Of a DNA stretch of 64,000 nucleotides, positions 35,677-47,353 are shown piece by piece (within the stretch, counting starts at the first letter, position 1; every line of letters begins with the position of its first letter). Both the position numbers and the translations under genes were made by a program. Origin of the DNA: Rhynchopus sp. YZ270_cl-10 (Eukaryota); assembly GCA_964035575.1 (NCBI GenBank), contig OZ037835.1:124001-188000 (forward strand), in the 5' to 3' direction. The notes beneath the pieces were generated by a model. It saw only the letters and a list, made by a program, of their open reading frames with translations, was not told the origin of the DNA and searched no databases.

Positions 35677-36938
35677 TCATTGTGCGGCTCTCTGCCGTTT
35701 GTGTGCTTGCTGGGGGGATTCGTCTCTGCTGCGTTTCGGACGTGCTTCAACCACAAGCTTGCTCATCTTGCACTTCACTACTGCGTCGGACACAGCACTG
35801 CTGCAGCCGGTAAGGTGGATACTCTTCAACGAAGTGCAGTTCGGAAGAAAGAACGAAACAACAACCTTAACCCTGCTGAGTGGTGAAAGATCCAGAGTGG
35901 TTAAACCTTTGCAGCTGTGGAGAAAAGCGTACTCAATCCCTGTCAAGTTGCTGAGTGGCGAGAGATCCAGAGTGGTTAAGCCTTTGCAGTTGGCAAGAAA
36001 AGCGCGCCTAATCCCTGTCACGTTGCTGAGTGGCGAAAGATCCAGAGTGGTTAAACCTTTGCAGCCTTCAAGAAAGCTATCGCCGACTTCTGTCACGTTG
36101 CTGAGTGGTGGAAAATCCAGAGTGGTTAAGCCTTCGCAACCGCTGAGAAAGTTATCACTGATTTCTGTCAAGTTGCCCAGTGGTGATAGATCCACAGTGG
36201 TTAAACCTGAGCAGTTGGCAAGAAAAGAGCGCTTAATCCCTGTCACGTTGCTGAGTGGCGAAAGATCCAGAGTGGTTAAACCTTGGCAGCCGTTCAGAAA
36301 GCTTCTACCGATTTCTGTCACGTTGTTGAGTGCTGATAGATCCAGAGTGGTTAAACCTGAGCAGTTGACGAGAAAATAGTCACCGACTTCTGTCACGTTG
36401 CTTAGTGGCGAGAGATCCAGAGTGGTTAAACCTTTGCATCCGTGGAGAAAGTAGCAACCGATGTGCGTCACATTGCTCAACCCAGACAGGTCGATGCTTG
36501 TCAACGACGTGCACTGATGAAGAAAATCGTCACCAACTTCCGTCACACACGACACAGCACTCAGATCAAGTCTCGTTAACGATGAACCCGACAAAAATCC
36601 TTTCGGAATGACAGTCACAACCTCCGCCTGCAGAAGCAAACACGCCACCTCAGCATCCTCCACAGTCTTCAGCCGCTCTGCTGTGATGTCCGTCTCACCC
36701 AACGCATGAAGTGCTGCTCTGGCCTCGAACGTCTTACTTTTCGTCAGGATGATTGTGTCTCCAGCACTCAGCTGCGTGATGTCGTCTCCTTCCTCCTTCC
36801 CTCCGAAGCCCATGTGGAGCTGTCCTCAGCCAACCCCACTGCAGACGCCACCTTCTGCCGCATCGTCTCCGTTGTGTCATCCACACCCACCTCGATCACA
36901 TACGAGTTGTCTGCACAGTCCTTGATAACTACTTCCAT
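35677..36938 (-). pseudogene. UBL-LRR gene with a single 1-bp frameshift at ~36817 (or sequencing error); ~10 LRRs and a basic C-terminus
   Basis: CATGTGGAGC here versus CATGTGGAAGC in the 22450 paralog. The 378-aa downstream ORF is intact, with LTTLDLSPLSNVT repeats. Confidence 0.85.
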
Positions 36939-36944
36939 TTTGTC

Positions 36945-37623
36945 TGAACAAGATAAATCAATAAGCTCGCGTTTCTTTTATCGAACAGATTTTATTCTCC
37001 GCCCCGTACCCAAAACGTAAACACCACTTTGAATCAGAAAAATATTTGAAGAGAGCTGGGGGTCTCTCGTAGGACAGAGTGCGGGATACTCGGGTGTCCT
37101 TCGTGTTTCTTTCTCGGTGCCGTGTGCACCCTTCGCTCCCCTGGCTCCATGAATGTTAGTGTTGTTTTTTCTCCTACATAGTGCTCTTGTAGTCCTTTAG
37201 TGGATTGAGTGCTGGATGCTTGCTAACATCTCTTGTGGCTTTCTTACGATTTTTTCTGCTACGCTCGTCGTAGCGCTTTCTTGTGACGCTTCTCGGTTCC
37301 CTCTCTGGAACATGTATACATGTTTCTATTTGCTCTGTCAGTACACAGCCTAGCGGCGTGTCTGCTCTTACGTATCTCTTGTTCTTTGTCATAAAGCAGA
37401 AAAATATGCAAAATGCAGCAAACTTTAAAAAACCCCTGCACCTGTGTTGTCATGGTTTCCCTTGTTTCGAGTGCGAAACGTTTCTCCATGTATTGCACGG
37501 GAAACAATATGACAAACAGGTGCAGGGTGGTTCCGTGCTTACCATAGAACCTGGCACCTTGTGTGTCTCCCAAAAACCAAAAAAGCGTTGTGTGTGAAGT
37601 TTTGAAGGAAAAATAAAATTCCT
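36945..37623 (-). mobile_element. TIR-less dispersed repeat family (~330 bp core, ending ..TTATCTTGTTCAG), here with extra captured sequence
   Basis: Other copies at 37690-37817, 47605-47775, 49730-50054, 50056-50146 and 56930-57273. This copy interrupts a 5' flank that is intact at 26817-26890. Confidence 0.8.
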
Positions 37624-38477
37624 TTTGTGTTGCTCTGTTGTGTGGTGGGGTTGTGGGAGTTGGGGCTGTGGTGGGTGAACATGGTAAAACTTTATTTTTC
37701 CTTCCTTAAAAACTTCACACAACAAAATTCAAAGTGATGTTAACGATTTGGGTACGGGGCGGAGAATAAAACCTGTTCGATAAAAGAAACGCGAGCTTAT
37801 TGTTTTATCTTGTTCAGAAAAACAACACCTCACCAAAGCCGCTTCCTTTGTAGGTAGCCGTACACATTGAGGAGCACTCATGCGCACGTTTTGCGGGGAA
37901 AACATGTCGTTGCGCACTCACTGAGGACGTTGTGGTAACATGGCTTGACACGTCCAGCTTGTCCAGCCATGTCACCAAGTCTTTGCAAAGCGACTTCGAT
38001 AACATGTCTACTTTTTGGCACCTGGCGGAATCAGGTCAGAAGTTGTGAAATGGGAAAATGGCAGAGGGTGACCTTTGCACAAGGTGGGGCCTTGAAAGCT
38101 TGGGAAAGGACGAGTCAAGCGGACTGGTCAATTTCTTGATCATCAAGAAAGAAAAGGTGTGATGAACCTAAGCCTACGTGTGCTTAGTCACCTTTGCACA
38201 CATTCGGTGTCGCTCATCAAGAACCAACAAAAAAAAAGTATGCAGCAAACAAGCGTAATATGATGAAGACAATGACTCTTGCAACAAAAAAAAACCCCCG
38301 GCAGAGGGATTCATCGCAAAATACCACAGTTTGGGTTGTCTTTGGTGGCTTGTGAAGGAGGAGGCTACCCAAAAACTGTGGTCAAGCGAATTCATTTTCT
38401 GCCGGTGCGTTTTGATGCAAGGTACTGCTCCAAGTAAGAAAGCTGAGAGATGAATGTGCCTCGAGGAAAAGAAACTC

Positions 38478-40490
38478 AAAAAAAAACAATGGTGTGAGCA
38501 TCATAACTGTATTAACAATTCGCGAAGGGGGAGAAAAAACAAGAATAGTGAAGTTATTGTATTATTAATGCAGGCACCTCCGACTGACCCACGTACGATG
38601 CCAGCCATCCGGATGAAAGCACAAGAATAAGAACACGGTGTTTAGATGAACGCACCTCTCGTCACTAATTAGTTTCATGACATGATGTGCACACTACACT
38701 TTCTAATCAAAGAAAGCAAAGCTTCATCCACACACTGTCCACCACAACGTTGTTGGGTTGATTAAATGTTGTATATTTGAGCTCGAAAATTATTTACGAT
38801 CCACTCGACGTTTGGATCAAGAAGAACAGAGACGAAAGGGGGCTTGGGGGGAAGAGTCACGCATACCCACACTCAGTCATTTTCAAAACAGTGGGTTTAT
38901 TGTACCCACCATTCCTGAACATCTGTACTTTAGTACAAACAAACAGTATTAAAAAGCAAACTTTCAAATCAGAAGTTCCGTTCAACGGCAAGCCACAAGA
39001 GTAGCACAACAACACAAACCCTTGAGAAGCAGACGCAGAGTCTCTCTTCTTACTTGTGTGCTGCAGACAAACATGACAACGCTAACCACGACTGCCACGG
39101 CAGAGCGGGGTCCCTAACGGTTCACTGGGGAGGATCCACATAGATAAAGAAAGCAAAAACACGAAAGCAAAAAAAGAAAAAGTAAAATAAGAAGACAAAA
39201 TAAAGAGCGTTCTATTACTCTAAAATCGTTTACTTTGTCACCTACAATAATGTGACAGAATGACAAATTATATAAGTGATGGTGCTTCCCGGGGGTATGC
39301 ATTTCACAACTTTTCACAACTTTCACAATTTTTCACCAGCCTTCACAATTGTATAGCGGTTTTCGTGTTGTGAAAACTTGTGAAAACTTGTCACATTTTG
39401 TGAAAATTTGTGAAATGCATACCCCCCGGGAAGCACCAAGTGACACATTATTATGATGATTTAATTATGTTTTTGCAGTGGAGAAGGTGTTCAGGTTGTT
39501 GGTTTTGAGCAAAGACGCTGCAGACCAAGGGGGTTCTGCGGAGCACAGGAAGCAACGCTTTCCCGCTGGCACTGGCTGATATCGGGAAGGCTTCGTGTGT
39601 GAGCGGCCGCGGCCGCAGCCGTCCCTACGGGGATCTGCTGTCTACTGAGGATCGGTTGCAGTGCTAATACAGAAACTTTTTCAAAGTGTCACTCAAGGCT
39701 ATACTTTAAAAAGTAGACACAAAATAACCATAAACATAAATTAAATCGTCATTTTAATGTGACACATAATTAGGGTGTGACAAAGTTTATTTGTGACTGA
39801 TATTTCAACTCGGTTAATTAGCGTGTGACAAATTAAACGATTTTACAGTACAAGATACGTCTAAAGTAATAGAGGAAAAATACACACAAACAACGGTTGC
39901 CAAGCAACCTAGTTCCCCAAAACCCCGGTTCCCCCGTGGTTCCCCACGGGTTCCCCCTTAGACCAGGTGACCGCACGATGAGAACAAATTGCTTTTTGTG
40001 AGATGATCGACACCTTACTTAGGTAAGTCGTCTTGAAGGCATACCCTAGAAGAAATACTACGGTGTCAATAACTACCTTCGCCTACACAGGAAAAACGGG
40101 AAACGAAATAGGGGGAGAGTTTGTTAGTTGTAGGATTTCACCTTTTATATTTTTTCTCGTTTTGAAAACTGATGTGTTTACAAAAACAGAGCAAATAGAA
40201 AAGGCAAGAAAAGGAAAGTCCTGCAGTACAGAAAGTGATGTGTGAGAAGGGAGGAGCACAAGTGAGGGTGAAAACAGTTAGAGCGACCGTAGCATTTCCC
40301 CTGTCACCTGCGTTCGACCTATAACAAAGTATTTGTCCTGATAGAAAAATAGGTATTTTGAAGAAACAAGAATAGACCCAGTATCACTGGAACACCAGTA
40401 ACACGAGTACGTTAAAAAAAAGTACTTTCCCCCTAACAAAGTACCCTACTGTATTCAAAAAGTACGTTCTCTCGAACCTTCACCATAATT
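38478..40490 (+). repeat. Patchy segmental duplication with 50795-52582
   Basis: Shared blocks: 38478-39190 with 50795-51500, 39880-40046 with 51865-52028, and 40323-40490 with 52412-52582. Confidence 0.85.
39280..39438. mobile_element. 159-bp MITE with 5-bp TSD AGTGA
   Basis: TIR TGGTGCTTCCCGGGGGTATGCATTTCACAA, internal TTCACAA repeats, AGTGA on both flanks. Confidence 0.88.
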
Positions 40491-40530
40491 ATATTTCGGG
40501 GGGAAAACCCACTCAGAATAATATTTTTTA

Positions 40531-42622
40531 ATAGTCCGACCCCGCAATTAATGGGGGGGTGGGAAAGAAAGTTCTAAATAAAGAATTAATGGCCAACGGC
40601 CACATGGGCACGCACACATGTAAAAAAGAGAGGAAAGTTAGGGGGAAAAGAAGTTAAAGAAGAGGGAGGAAAGTTGAGGGAGAGAAGGGTGACCTTCGAG
40701 GAGCCGAAAAGAGGCGAAAAAAGGGTGTTTTTTTGAAGAGTTTTGTAATATGAACCTAGGAAGCACGGTGCATTAAGTTCACCAAAAGAGAGAGTAAGTA
40801 AGGGGAAATTTTAGTAATGAAGGAGGAAGGGAGGAAACCTGTTTTCAGGATGTCGGTGGGCTGAAACCTCGGGTGTAATTGGGCGTAATTCGGTAAAATT
40901 GGGAAATTGGGGAAAAATGCTGTTCGGTCGTTACATTCCCTAAATCTTCCCACTTATGTGCTGTTTCCCTACAAATCAATATAAAATCAAAAACGGCGAT
41001 GAAAAATATGCCTTGGTGACTGTGTGAGCAAGCAAAACAGGTCACCCCCCGGGAAAGCCTCCCTCAAAAACATCTGAGTTGTACTGGTGGTGTGACTGGG
41101 TGTTATTGGAGCGTAATAAGGGTGAAATTGACCCCAGGTGGGTCCAGATGGGCTGTGTTGGGTCCGGGTGGGTAAATAAACATTACAAGAAAGGGAACAG
41201 AAAAAAGAAGAAACGGCAGACAGAGTCTGCTGGAGTTGCAATAATAAAACAGAACAAAATGACAAAATGACAAGATGATCTTTGAAAACACTTGTAGCAT
41301 GAGTACCGGCCGCGTACATATTACGTCACGTACTAATTAAGTCGGTTAGAGCACATGCCGACTTATTTAGTACGCGACGTGATAAGTGTGCGACGTAATT
41401 AACTTTTTGGTTTTTTATATAAAATACATCCGCGTACAAGGTGAGTGGAGGATTTCTCTTGGTGTTGGCATTTTGGCCCTGGGCCCTTTACAAGGTTACA
41501 TTAGTCAGAGATTGCAACATGCAAACGTTTTTCTTTAATTTTTGTTGAAATATGAATGAATAGCTCAGATTGCGGATTTGAGGAACTCCATTGGCACTTC
41601 CCACTCCTCTTGCGCATACGGAGGTACTAGACGCACTGTGGCAGAGTTCTCACAGATTTCTTCCACCTTACCTGTGCCGTGTACACGCGCCGCGTGTTGG
41701 GTTTGCTCTCCTCCTCGTTCACACGATCTGCGATGGCCTTCGGGATTGTGTAGGTTTGGTGGTATCCCCCCAGTGATGTGCCCACACCAGCTGTTCCAAT
41801 ATGATTACCCCCACTGTTTTTTTACCTCACGGTGTGTACTAATTACGTCGCTTTTTGGGGGCCCTCGGGCCCCCAAAAAGCGACTTAATTAGTACGCGAC
41901 GTAATATGTACGCGGCCGGTGTTGATTGAGAGCATCAGAAGAAAGAAAATCACAAAAAAACAAAGAGAAAAATGCAAGACAAAACGCCCGGACGGCGAGC
42001 ACGGGACTAAAAAGAGGGGAGGGAGGGGAGGGGAGGGGGACACGTTAAGAAGAATGCGCCTCCTGCACCCGAATTATTCAATAAAACAGAGTGTCGGGGA
42101 AACGCGTCCCATCTATGTATCTCAAGGATGAAAGACCAACAGAAGATCAAGAAAACACAGTTCCAAAATATTATATAACGCATTCAGATGATTCTTGCAC
42201 CAAAAGAAAAATGGGCAAAAAAAAAAAGGTTTATAAGATCGCTTCGTCGTAAGAGTGAAAAAAACGTCAAAAAGAAAAAAATGAGCTCAACCTTACTAAA
42301 AAGGGAGAGAAAGTTGTTGTGGAAAATAGCAAATTATTTTGTGGGATGGTGCGGTTCTTAGTCGTGCAAAAGAAAAACAAGCACAAAATAGAAACCGCAC
42401 TCCGCAAACAATAAAGCAATAGAGACAAAAGGGAGAGGTTGTGGTGAAACGCACACATCTCGACCTGTCGGTGAAGTGTGGCTCTACTCCAACCTGCCCC
42501 AGAATAGAAAATAGAAAAAGTAGGGGGCACGGTGTTCAATTTCCTTTTTAGCGTTGTATGCAATAGGTGCCCCTTCAGTGCACCAGGTACAGCGCATCTC
42601 TTAAGAAAGTCGAACATTAGCT
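40531..42622 (+). repeat. Segmental duplication with 58049-61312 (downstream of the two TM-family paralogs)
   Basis: Long collinear identity, differing by MITE insertions and the 14-bp array. Confidence 0.93.
41305..41920. mobile_element. 616-bp non-autonomous TIR element
   Basis: TIR ACCGGCCGCGTACATATTACGTC(A/G)CGTACTAATTAAGTCG. Absent at the paralogous site ~60077. Possible GT TSD. Confidence 0.9.
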
Positions 42623-42851
42623 CCGCACCACGGCACTCACGCACAAAAAAATACACATAGCCGGGAGGCACAAAAACTTTAGCAAAAAAATAACTAAAAA
42701 AAGCTCCCAGCCAATTTGTGAAACGCCATTATCCTTCTCCTTCTCCTTCTCCTTCTCTCGTCTCTCTCGGACCTTCCTAATGATGTGTTGCGAAGAAGAC
42801 CTTTCCAACACTCTGGAAGGAGATGGTGGATTGCTAGCTTCTCTAGCACCC

Positions 42852-45788
42852 CTAGCACCACTCTACCCTGGGTACCCCGTTCGCTAGCACCAACCCACTC
42901 GCGTGTCGTCTATCAGTGCAGGAGCTACTGCGACGCTGGGATCGGGAGGTGTGATGCCTGCTGTGTCGGGGGGCCTGCAGGGTGCCTCTTCCACGTCCAC
43001 CACCTACGTCTTCTTCTTCTAAGTCGCGACCACTGATGCCTGTGGTGGTAGGTGCACTGCCACCACCGGGCTGAAATGAATCCCCCAACCCCACAGCCAG
43101 AAGAGGGGTGAAACTATCTCTGCTATCCAGGAAGCCTTCCCTGCCACGGCCGCGGGAGTGTGGTAAAGGACGTTTGGTGGGTGCGATTGGGCCTTGCCGT
43201 GGTGTTTCATACAAAGAAACTTCACCGTTTTTTGGTGTAGTACAGCTCAAGAGCTCAAGACCGTTTTCGATGTCGACGGTGAGGAGCGAGGAATTACGAA
43301 TGTCGGCGCGGGTGTCGCTCTGCCGGTCGGAGGTGTCTGACTGTGTGGTCTCGAGAATTGCTAGACTGCGACCTTGGGGATGTATGAGGAGGGCTGCCTT
43401 GTTCAAAACGTCTTCCTGAAGGTTGCCCCTACGTCCTGATGTGATGACGTATATGTCAGTGAGAATGTCTAAAGCAATTTTGACAACCAGAAGCATGAAG
43501 GCCACAGTCAGCAGCCTGGAGGAGACGTCAAACAGCCATGAGTCCAGCGTGGCCGTGTAGTACCCTGCAGCCATCACCACCATCGCGGCGAGCTGCGTGC
43601 CCAGGAGGAGGATGTCCAGCGCAGCATCCCTGGAGCGTGCGTGAGGCCAGAACAGACCTTCCAGCATCAGGAGAACTAAGAAGACAAGCCCAGAAGCCAT
43701 CTTGACGTGCCCACACCCTTCGCTTGTCTCAGGCGCCGTGCTCTGAATCGCGCTCAGCGCGAAGGAAGAGACAAACTCGATAAGAAGAAACCACGTCGCG
43801 CCCTGCTTGTACGGGCGGATCACGGTGTAGCGCTGCACCCACATCGGGTTACGTTGCATGGACACCCACTCCCCTTCGCCTAGGAGCGAGATAAGTGCAC
43901 GGTTCTGTCTTCCTTCCGCTCTCGCATACACACCGTACGCAGGAACACCTTGAGTGATCGTGAGGTGCAGCACCACAGGCACCACAGCGCACACCAGCAG
44001 AATAGCCGCACCCACAGCAGCATGCCAGCCCTTCTCCGGGTGGAACACAAGCGACATGCCTGCAAGCGTGAGGCCTTGATAGAAGTATTGGAACACAAGC
44101 ACCGGGGCGGAGGGGAGGCGCAGCAGGCCCACTACGTCCCGATCCTTGAAGAAGGTGGGGAACAGGCAGGTCCCCACGACACGCACGACAGGCACCGCAA
44201 CGAAGCAGGCAGCTATGAAGGTCGCCAGCATCGCAATGTTGGCGGCGACGGCGCCGACGGGCTTGCTGTTGTCCAGCGAGAGGCCTGTGGGGTGCAGTGC
44301 CGTCGAGAGGTCGCGCGAGCAGCCTTTGCTCACCAAAGCCAGACGCAGTGCAGCACCACTGGAGAACCCCGCCGCTGAGCTTGCCACAGCGATTGTCGCG
44401 GATGAGTCCTCAAACCCCATCAGGTCCACCACCTTCACGTCTGCGATGCTCATCAGAGGCGGTGGTGCAGTGTCGTTCAGAGTGGCCACGAAGTCTGGTG
44501 CCACAGTCGCGTGAGGCACTGTGGTTTCGGGAACGTCTGTGGCAGGGAGTGCAGCAGGTGTGTAGGTCGCTGGTGCTGTGGTGTCCATGGGTGTGTCGGT
44601 GGCCAGTGGTATGTAAGTAGCGGCGTAGAGTGGTGCTGCAGTGAGGGGTGTGGCCGTGTCTGGTGCAGGTGTCGGTGCTGTGGTGAGTGGTGGCAGGGTG
44701 GCAGGCGGGGATGTTGCTGGTGGTGCTGTTGCCGGTGCAAGCGTCGGAGGTGCAAGAGTCTCAGGTGCTTGTGTTTCAGGTGCCAGTGTGGCTGGTGACA
44801 AAGTCGGTGGTGGCAAGGTGGCTGGCGCTCCCGTCAGTGGTGGGTTCGTCAGTGGCGGGATCGTCGCCGGTGCTGGTGTTGCAGGTGCTTGTGTCGGTGG
44901 TGCCGCTGTTGCTGGTGCCGGTGTAAGTGGTGCCAGTGTTGGCGGGGCTGGAGTCAGTGGTGCAGAGGTCGCAGGTGCCACTGTTGCAGGCGCAAGTGTA
45001 GGTGGCGTCACTGTAAGTGGTGCAGATGTAAGGGGCGCAGCTGTTGCCGGTGCCGGTGTTGGTGGTGCCAAAGTTGGCGGAGCGGGTGTTACTGGCGCTG
45101 TTGTGGGTGGTGCTGGTGTGGGTGCCAATGTTGGAGGTGCTGGCGTCGGAGGTGAAGGGGTTGGAGGCGCAGGTGTGGGTGCCGGTGTCGCTGGAGCATC
45201 TGTCGCAGGTGCGTCAGTTGGCGGTGCGTCAGTGTCCGGAGCATTTGTCGCATCGCACGCATAGAACTTGAAGTTCTTGACAGTGCCGTCGAGCGGCGTA
45301 TCTTGGAGCCACGGGCTTCTCTCCACGAGGTTGATCGTGCGTGTGACCATGAGGGGAAGAGCTGCGACGCCACTCACGCGCTCGACACCATCGATGTAGA
45401 GCACAGCCGACCCTGTCGTAGGGCCCGTGCGTGTGAACACCAGCACCATAGACATCTCGACACCCAACGGCGAGGCTACGGGGTCCGCGATCCCAGCCTG
45501 AATTGTGGCGCCGTGGTACACATGGGAGTCCCACCTCCCCTGATTTAGCCCAAGCAGCACATTGTCCTGGTCTCGTCCATTCGAAAAGTCAAACACACGT
45601 CCCCAAGACGTCGCTGCATTCACGGTCACATCCGCCTCCATCCGGAACCCACCCCCAAAGGTTAGAGTTCGGGTAGAATCATGTTCACTGCTGTCTGCGA
45701 ACGACGTGAGCAGGATGGGAGCAGCACACGGCTGTGGTGGCACAGCTGCAGCACTGCATATCAAAGTAGACAAAAATGCAAATCGCAT
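42852..45788 (-). CDS. Cell-surface protein: signal peptide, LamG/ConA-like domain, Pro/Thr/Ala mucin stalk, ~8-9 TM domain and disordered tail, 978 aa
   Basis: MRFAFLSTLICSAAA signal, WGRVFDFSNG..LYIDG..LDGTVKNFKFY, (TPAP)n stalk and multiple hydrophobic helices. Confidence 0.88.
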   Translation of the reverse strand: MRFAFLSTLICSAAAVPPQPCAAPILLTSFADSSEHDSTRTLTFGGGFRMEADVTVNAATSWGRVFDFSNGRDQDNVLLGLNQGRWDSHVYHGATIQAGIADPVASPLGVEMSMVLVFTRTGPTTGSAVLYIDGVERVSGVAALPLMVTRTINLVERSPWLQDTPLDGTVKNFKFYACDATNAPDTDAPPTDAPATDAPATPAPTPAPPTPSPPTPAPPTLAPTPAPPTTAPVTPAPPTLAPPTPAPATAAPLTSAPLTVTPPTLAPATVAPATSAPLTPAPPTLAPLTPAPATAAPPTQAPATPAPATIPPLTNPPLTGAPATLPPPTLSPATLAPETQAPETLAPPTLAPATAPPATSPPATLPPLTTAPTPAPDTATPLTAAPLYAATYIPLATDTPMDTTAPATYTPAALPATDVPETTVPHATVAPDFVATLNDTAPPPLMSIADVKVVDLMGFEDSSATIAVASSAAGFSSGAALRLALVSKGCSRDLSTALHPTGLSLDNSKPVGAVAANIAMLATFIAACFVAVPVVRVVGTCLFPTFFKDRDVVGLLRLPSAPVLVFQYFYQGLTLAGMSLVFHPEKGWHAAVGAAILLVCAVVPVVLHLTITQGVPAYGVYARAEGRQNRALISLLGEGEWVSMQRNPMWVQRYTVIRPYKQGATWFLLIEFVSSFALSAIQSTAPETSEGCGHVKMASGLVFLVLLMLEGLFWPHARSRDAALDILLLGTQLAAMVVMAAGYYTATLDSWLFDVSSRLLTVAFMLLVVKIALDILTDIYVITSGRRGNLQEDVLNKAALLIHPQGRSLAILETTQSDTSDRQSDTRADIRNSSLLTVDIENGLELLSCTTPKNGEVSLYETPRQGPIAPTKRPLPHSRGRGREGFLDSRDSFTPLLAVGLGDSFQPGGGSAPTTTGISGRDLEEEDVGGGRGRGTLQAPRHSRHHTSRSQRRSSSCTDRRHASGLVLANGVPRVEWC

Positions 45789-47353
45789 TTCTGTAGTGTG
45801 GTGTAATGTGGTGGGTTGGAGAGGGTGGGGTGGTGGGAGGGGACAACACAGAGGAAATAGACAAAAATACTGTTCTTTTCGATTTAGCATATACAGCAAC
45901 ACAACAAACACCAGTCCCTACTTCTTCTTCCTCCCCCAAATTCCCAGATTCGGTCACGGATGAGATGAGTGAAGATCGTGTTCGCTAGAAACGTCTTGGC
46001 GCATTCATAGATCCGTACCACTCCCACAGGCGTCACCTGCGTATGTTGCAATTCGAAGGATACGTTGTGGTCGAAGAAGGAGATGCCCTTTGCAGAAATT
46101 CCTGGCCGCAGGACTACTAAGGCACCCGAGCATGCCAAGGCCGCATACAAACGCCTGGAACGATTATCGCGATCGGGAGAAGAACAAGCCTCATAATGGG
46201 GGAAATGCTGCGTACAAAGAGATGCTGCTGAACGAGAATGCTCAGTGCATTTTAAACACACATTTTCTTTCCTTACTTCAAAAACTCTCTCTTTTTTTAT
46301 TATTTGGTTTTGGTTGAGACACATCAATGGTGTCAGTTCTGTGGAATCACTGAACCACCCATATCCTGTATGTTGATTGTTCTTTCCCTGCGTTGACTGC
46401 AGGAAAGTTCGCGTCGCCAGCAAACACAGCATCCAGCGGATCCAACGAGGTTGGCGGCAATTTTGAAGACCCACGCAGGGTCGAGACCCACTGTATTCTC
46501 CGAGAGGTTGCACACCGTCAAACACTATCAACAGTGCCCGGCAGTAGCCTTGTCGTCCCGGCACACCATATTCACCGCTTCTGCATCCAACGGACTAATT
46601 TTCGGGGGGGGGGGAATGAATAGGTTCAGGTCCAGGACACGTCTTCCCTAGACCATTTTTTGGACGTTCATTCCCTCATCCCTGGAATTTGTTGTGTTTT
46701 TATTTTCATCGAAACTGGGCTTAAATGCATTTCCGAGTTCCGCGCACTTCACCATAAAAAAAATCGATAAAAAGACCAAAATATTGGCCATATAAAGGTG
46801 ATCCACGCTAAATGACACTTTTCGTGACAGCGACTAATATGTGCTGCAATGGTACTCATGCAAGCTCCTCATTCCCAAAAGGTACAGAGGCACTCATCAG
46901 TGTTGATACCCCATGAAACGGAGAAAACGGGACTGACACCTTCGACGGCATCCACTGCACATGGTTTGCAGTGCCAGTTATCTATGTGGCCGCCAACGTT
47001 ACAACACACGATCAACCAAGTTCTGTTCGTAATGGTAGAGCCTTACCCGTCGTAGCGTGCGGCATCGTCAGACATGTAACGGAAATTCATAAAGAAGACG
47101 CGGGTTGAGCATCTGGAATGGGTAGACTCGTTGAAGCCATAGAGCGTGTTCTGCACCACCTTTAGCTTGTACTCAACTTGGCGCACCTCGTCTGTCAGGG
47201 CCTGTGTCACAGGCAAGAAACCCGTACCACGAATCTGACCAACCAGCTCGAGTGTTCTTCCCCAGATATGCATGCGTCACGTCGATTACGTACCTTCCAC
47301 TCTCAACGCCATTTTTAAATCCATTTTTAAAAAAGATGAAAAGCAGAGAGTTA

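Noticed and set aside
39500..39680. GC-rich island with AGTTTCTGTA (minus strand) as an SL RNA gene
   Set aside because: Only ~10 nt match, with no full spliced-leader exon or donor site.
45960..47273. Possible hAT zinc-finger (TCVCC..EH) and Copia-RT-like (LYG) scraps
   Set aside because: The motifs are too short and interrupted to support a call.
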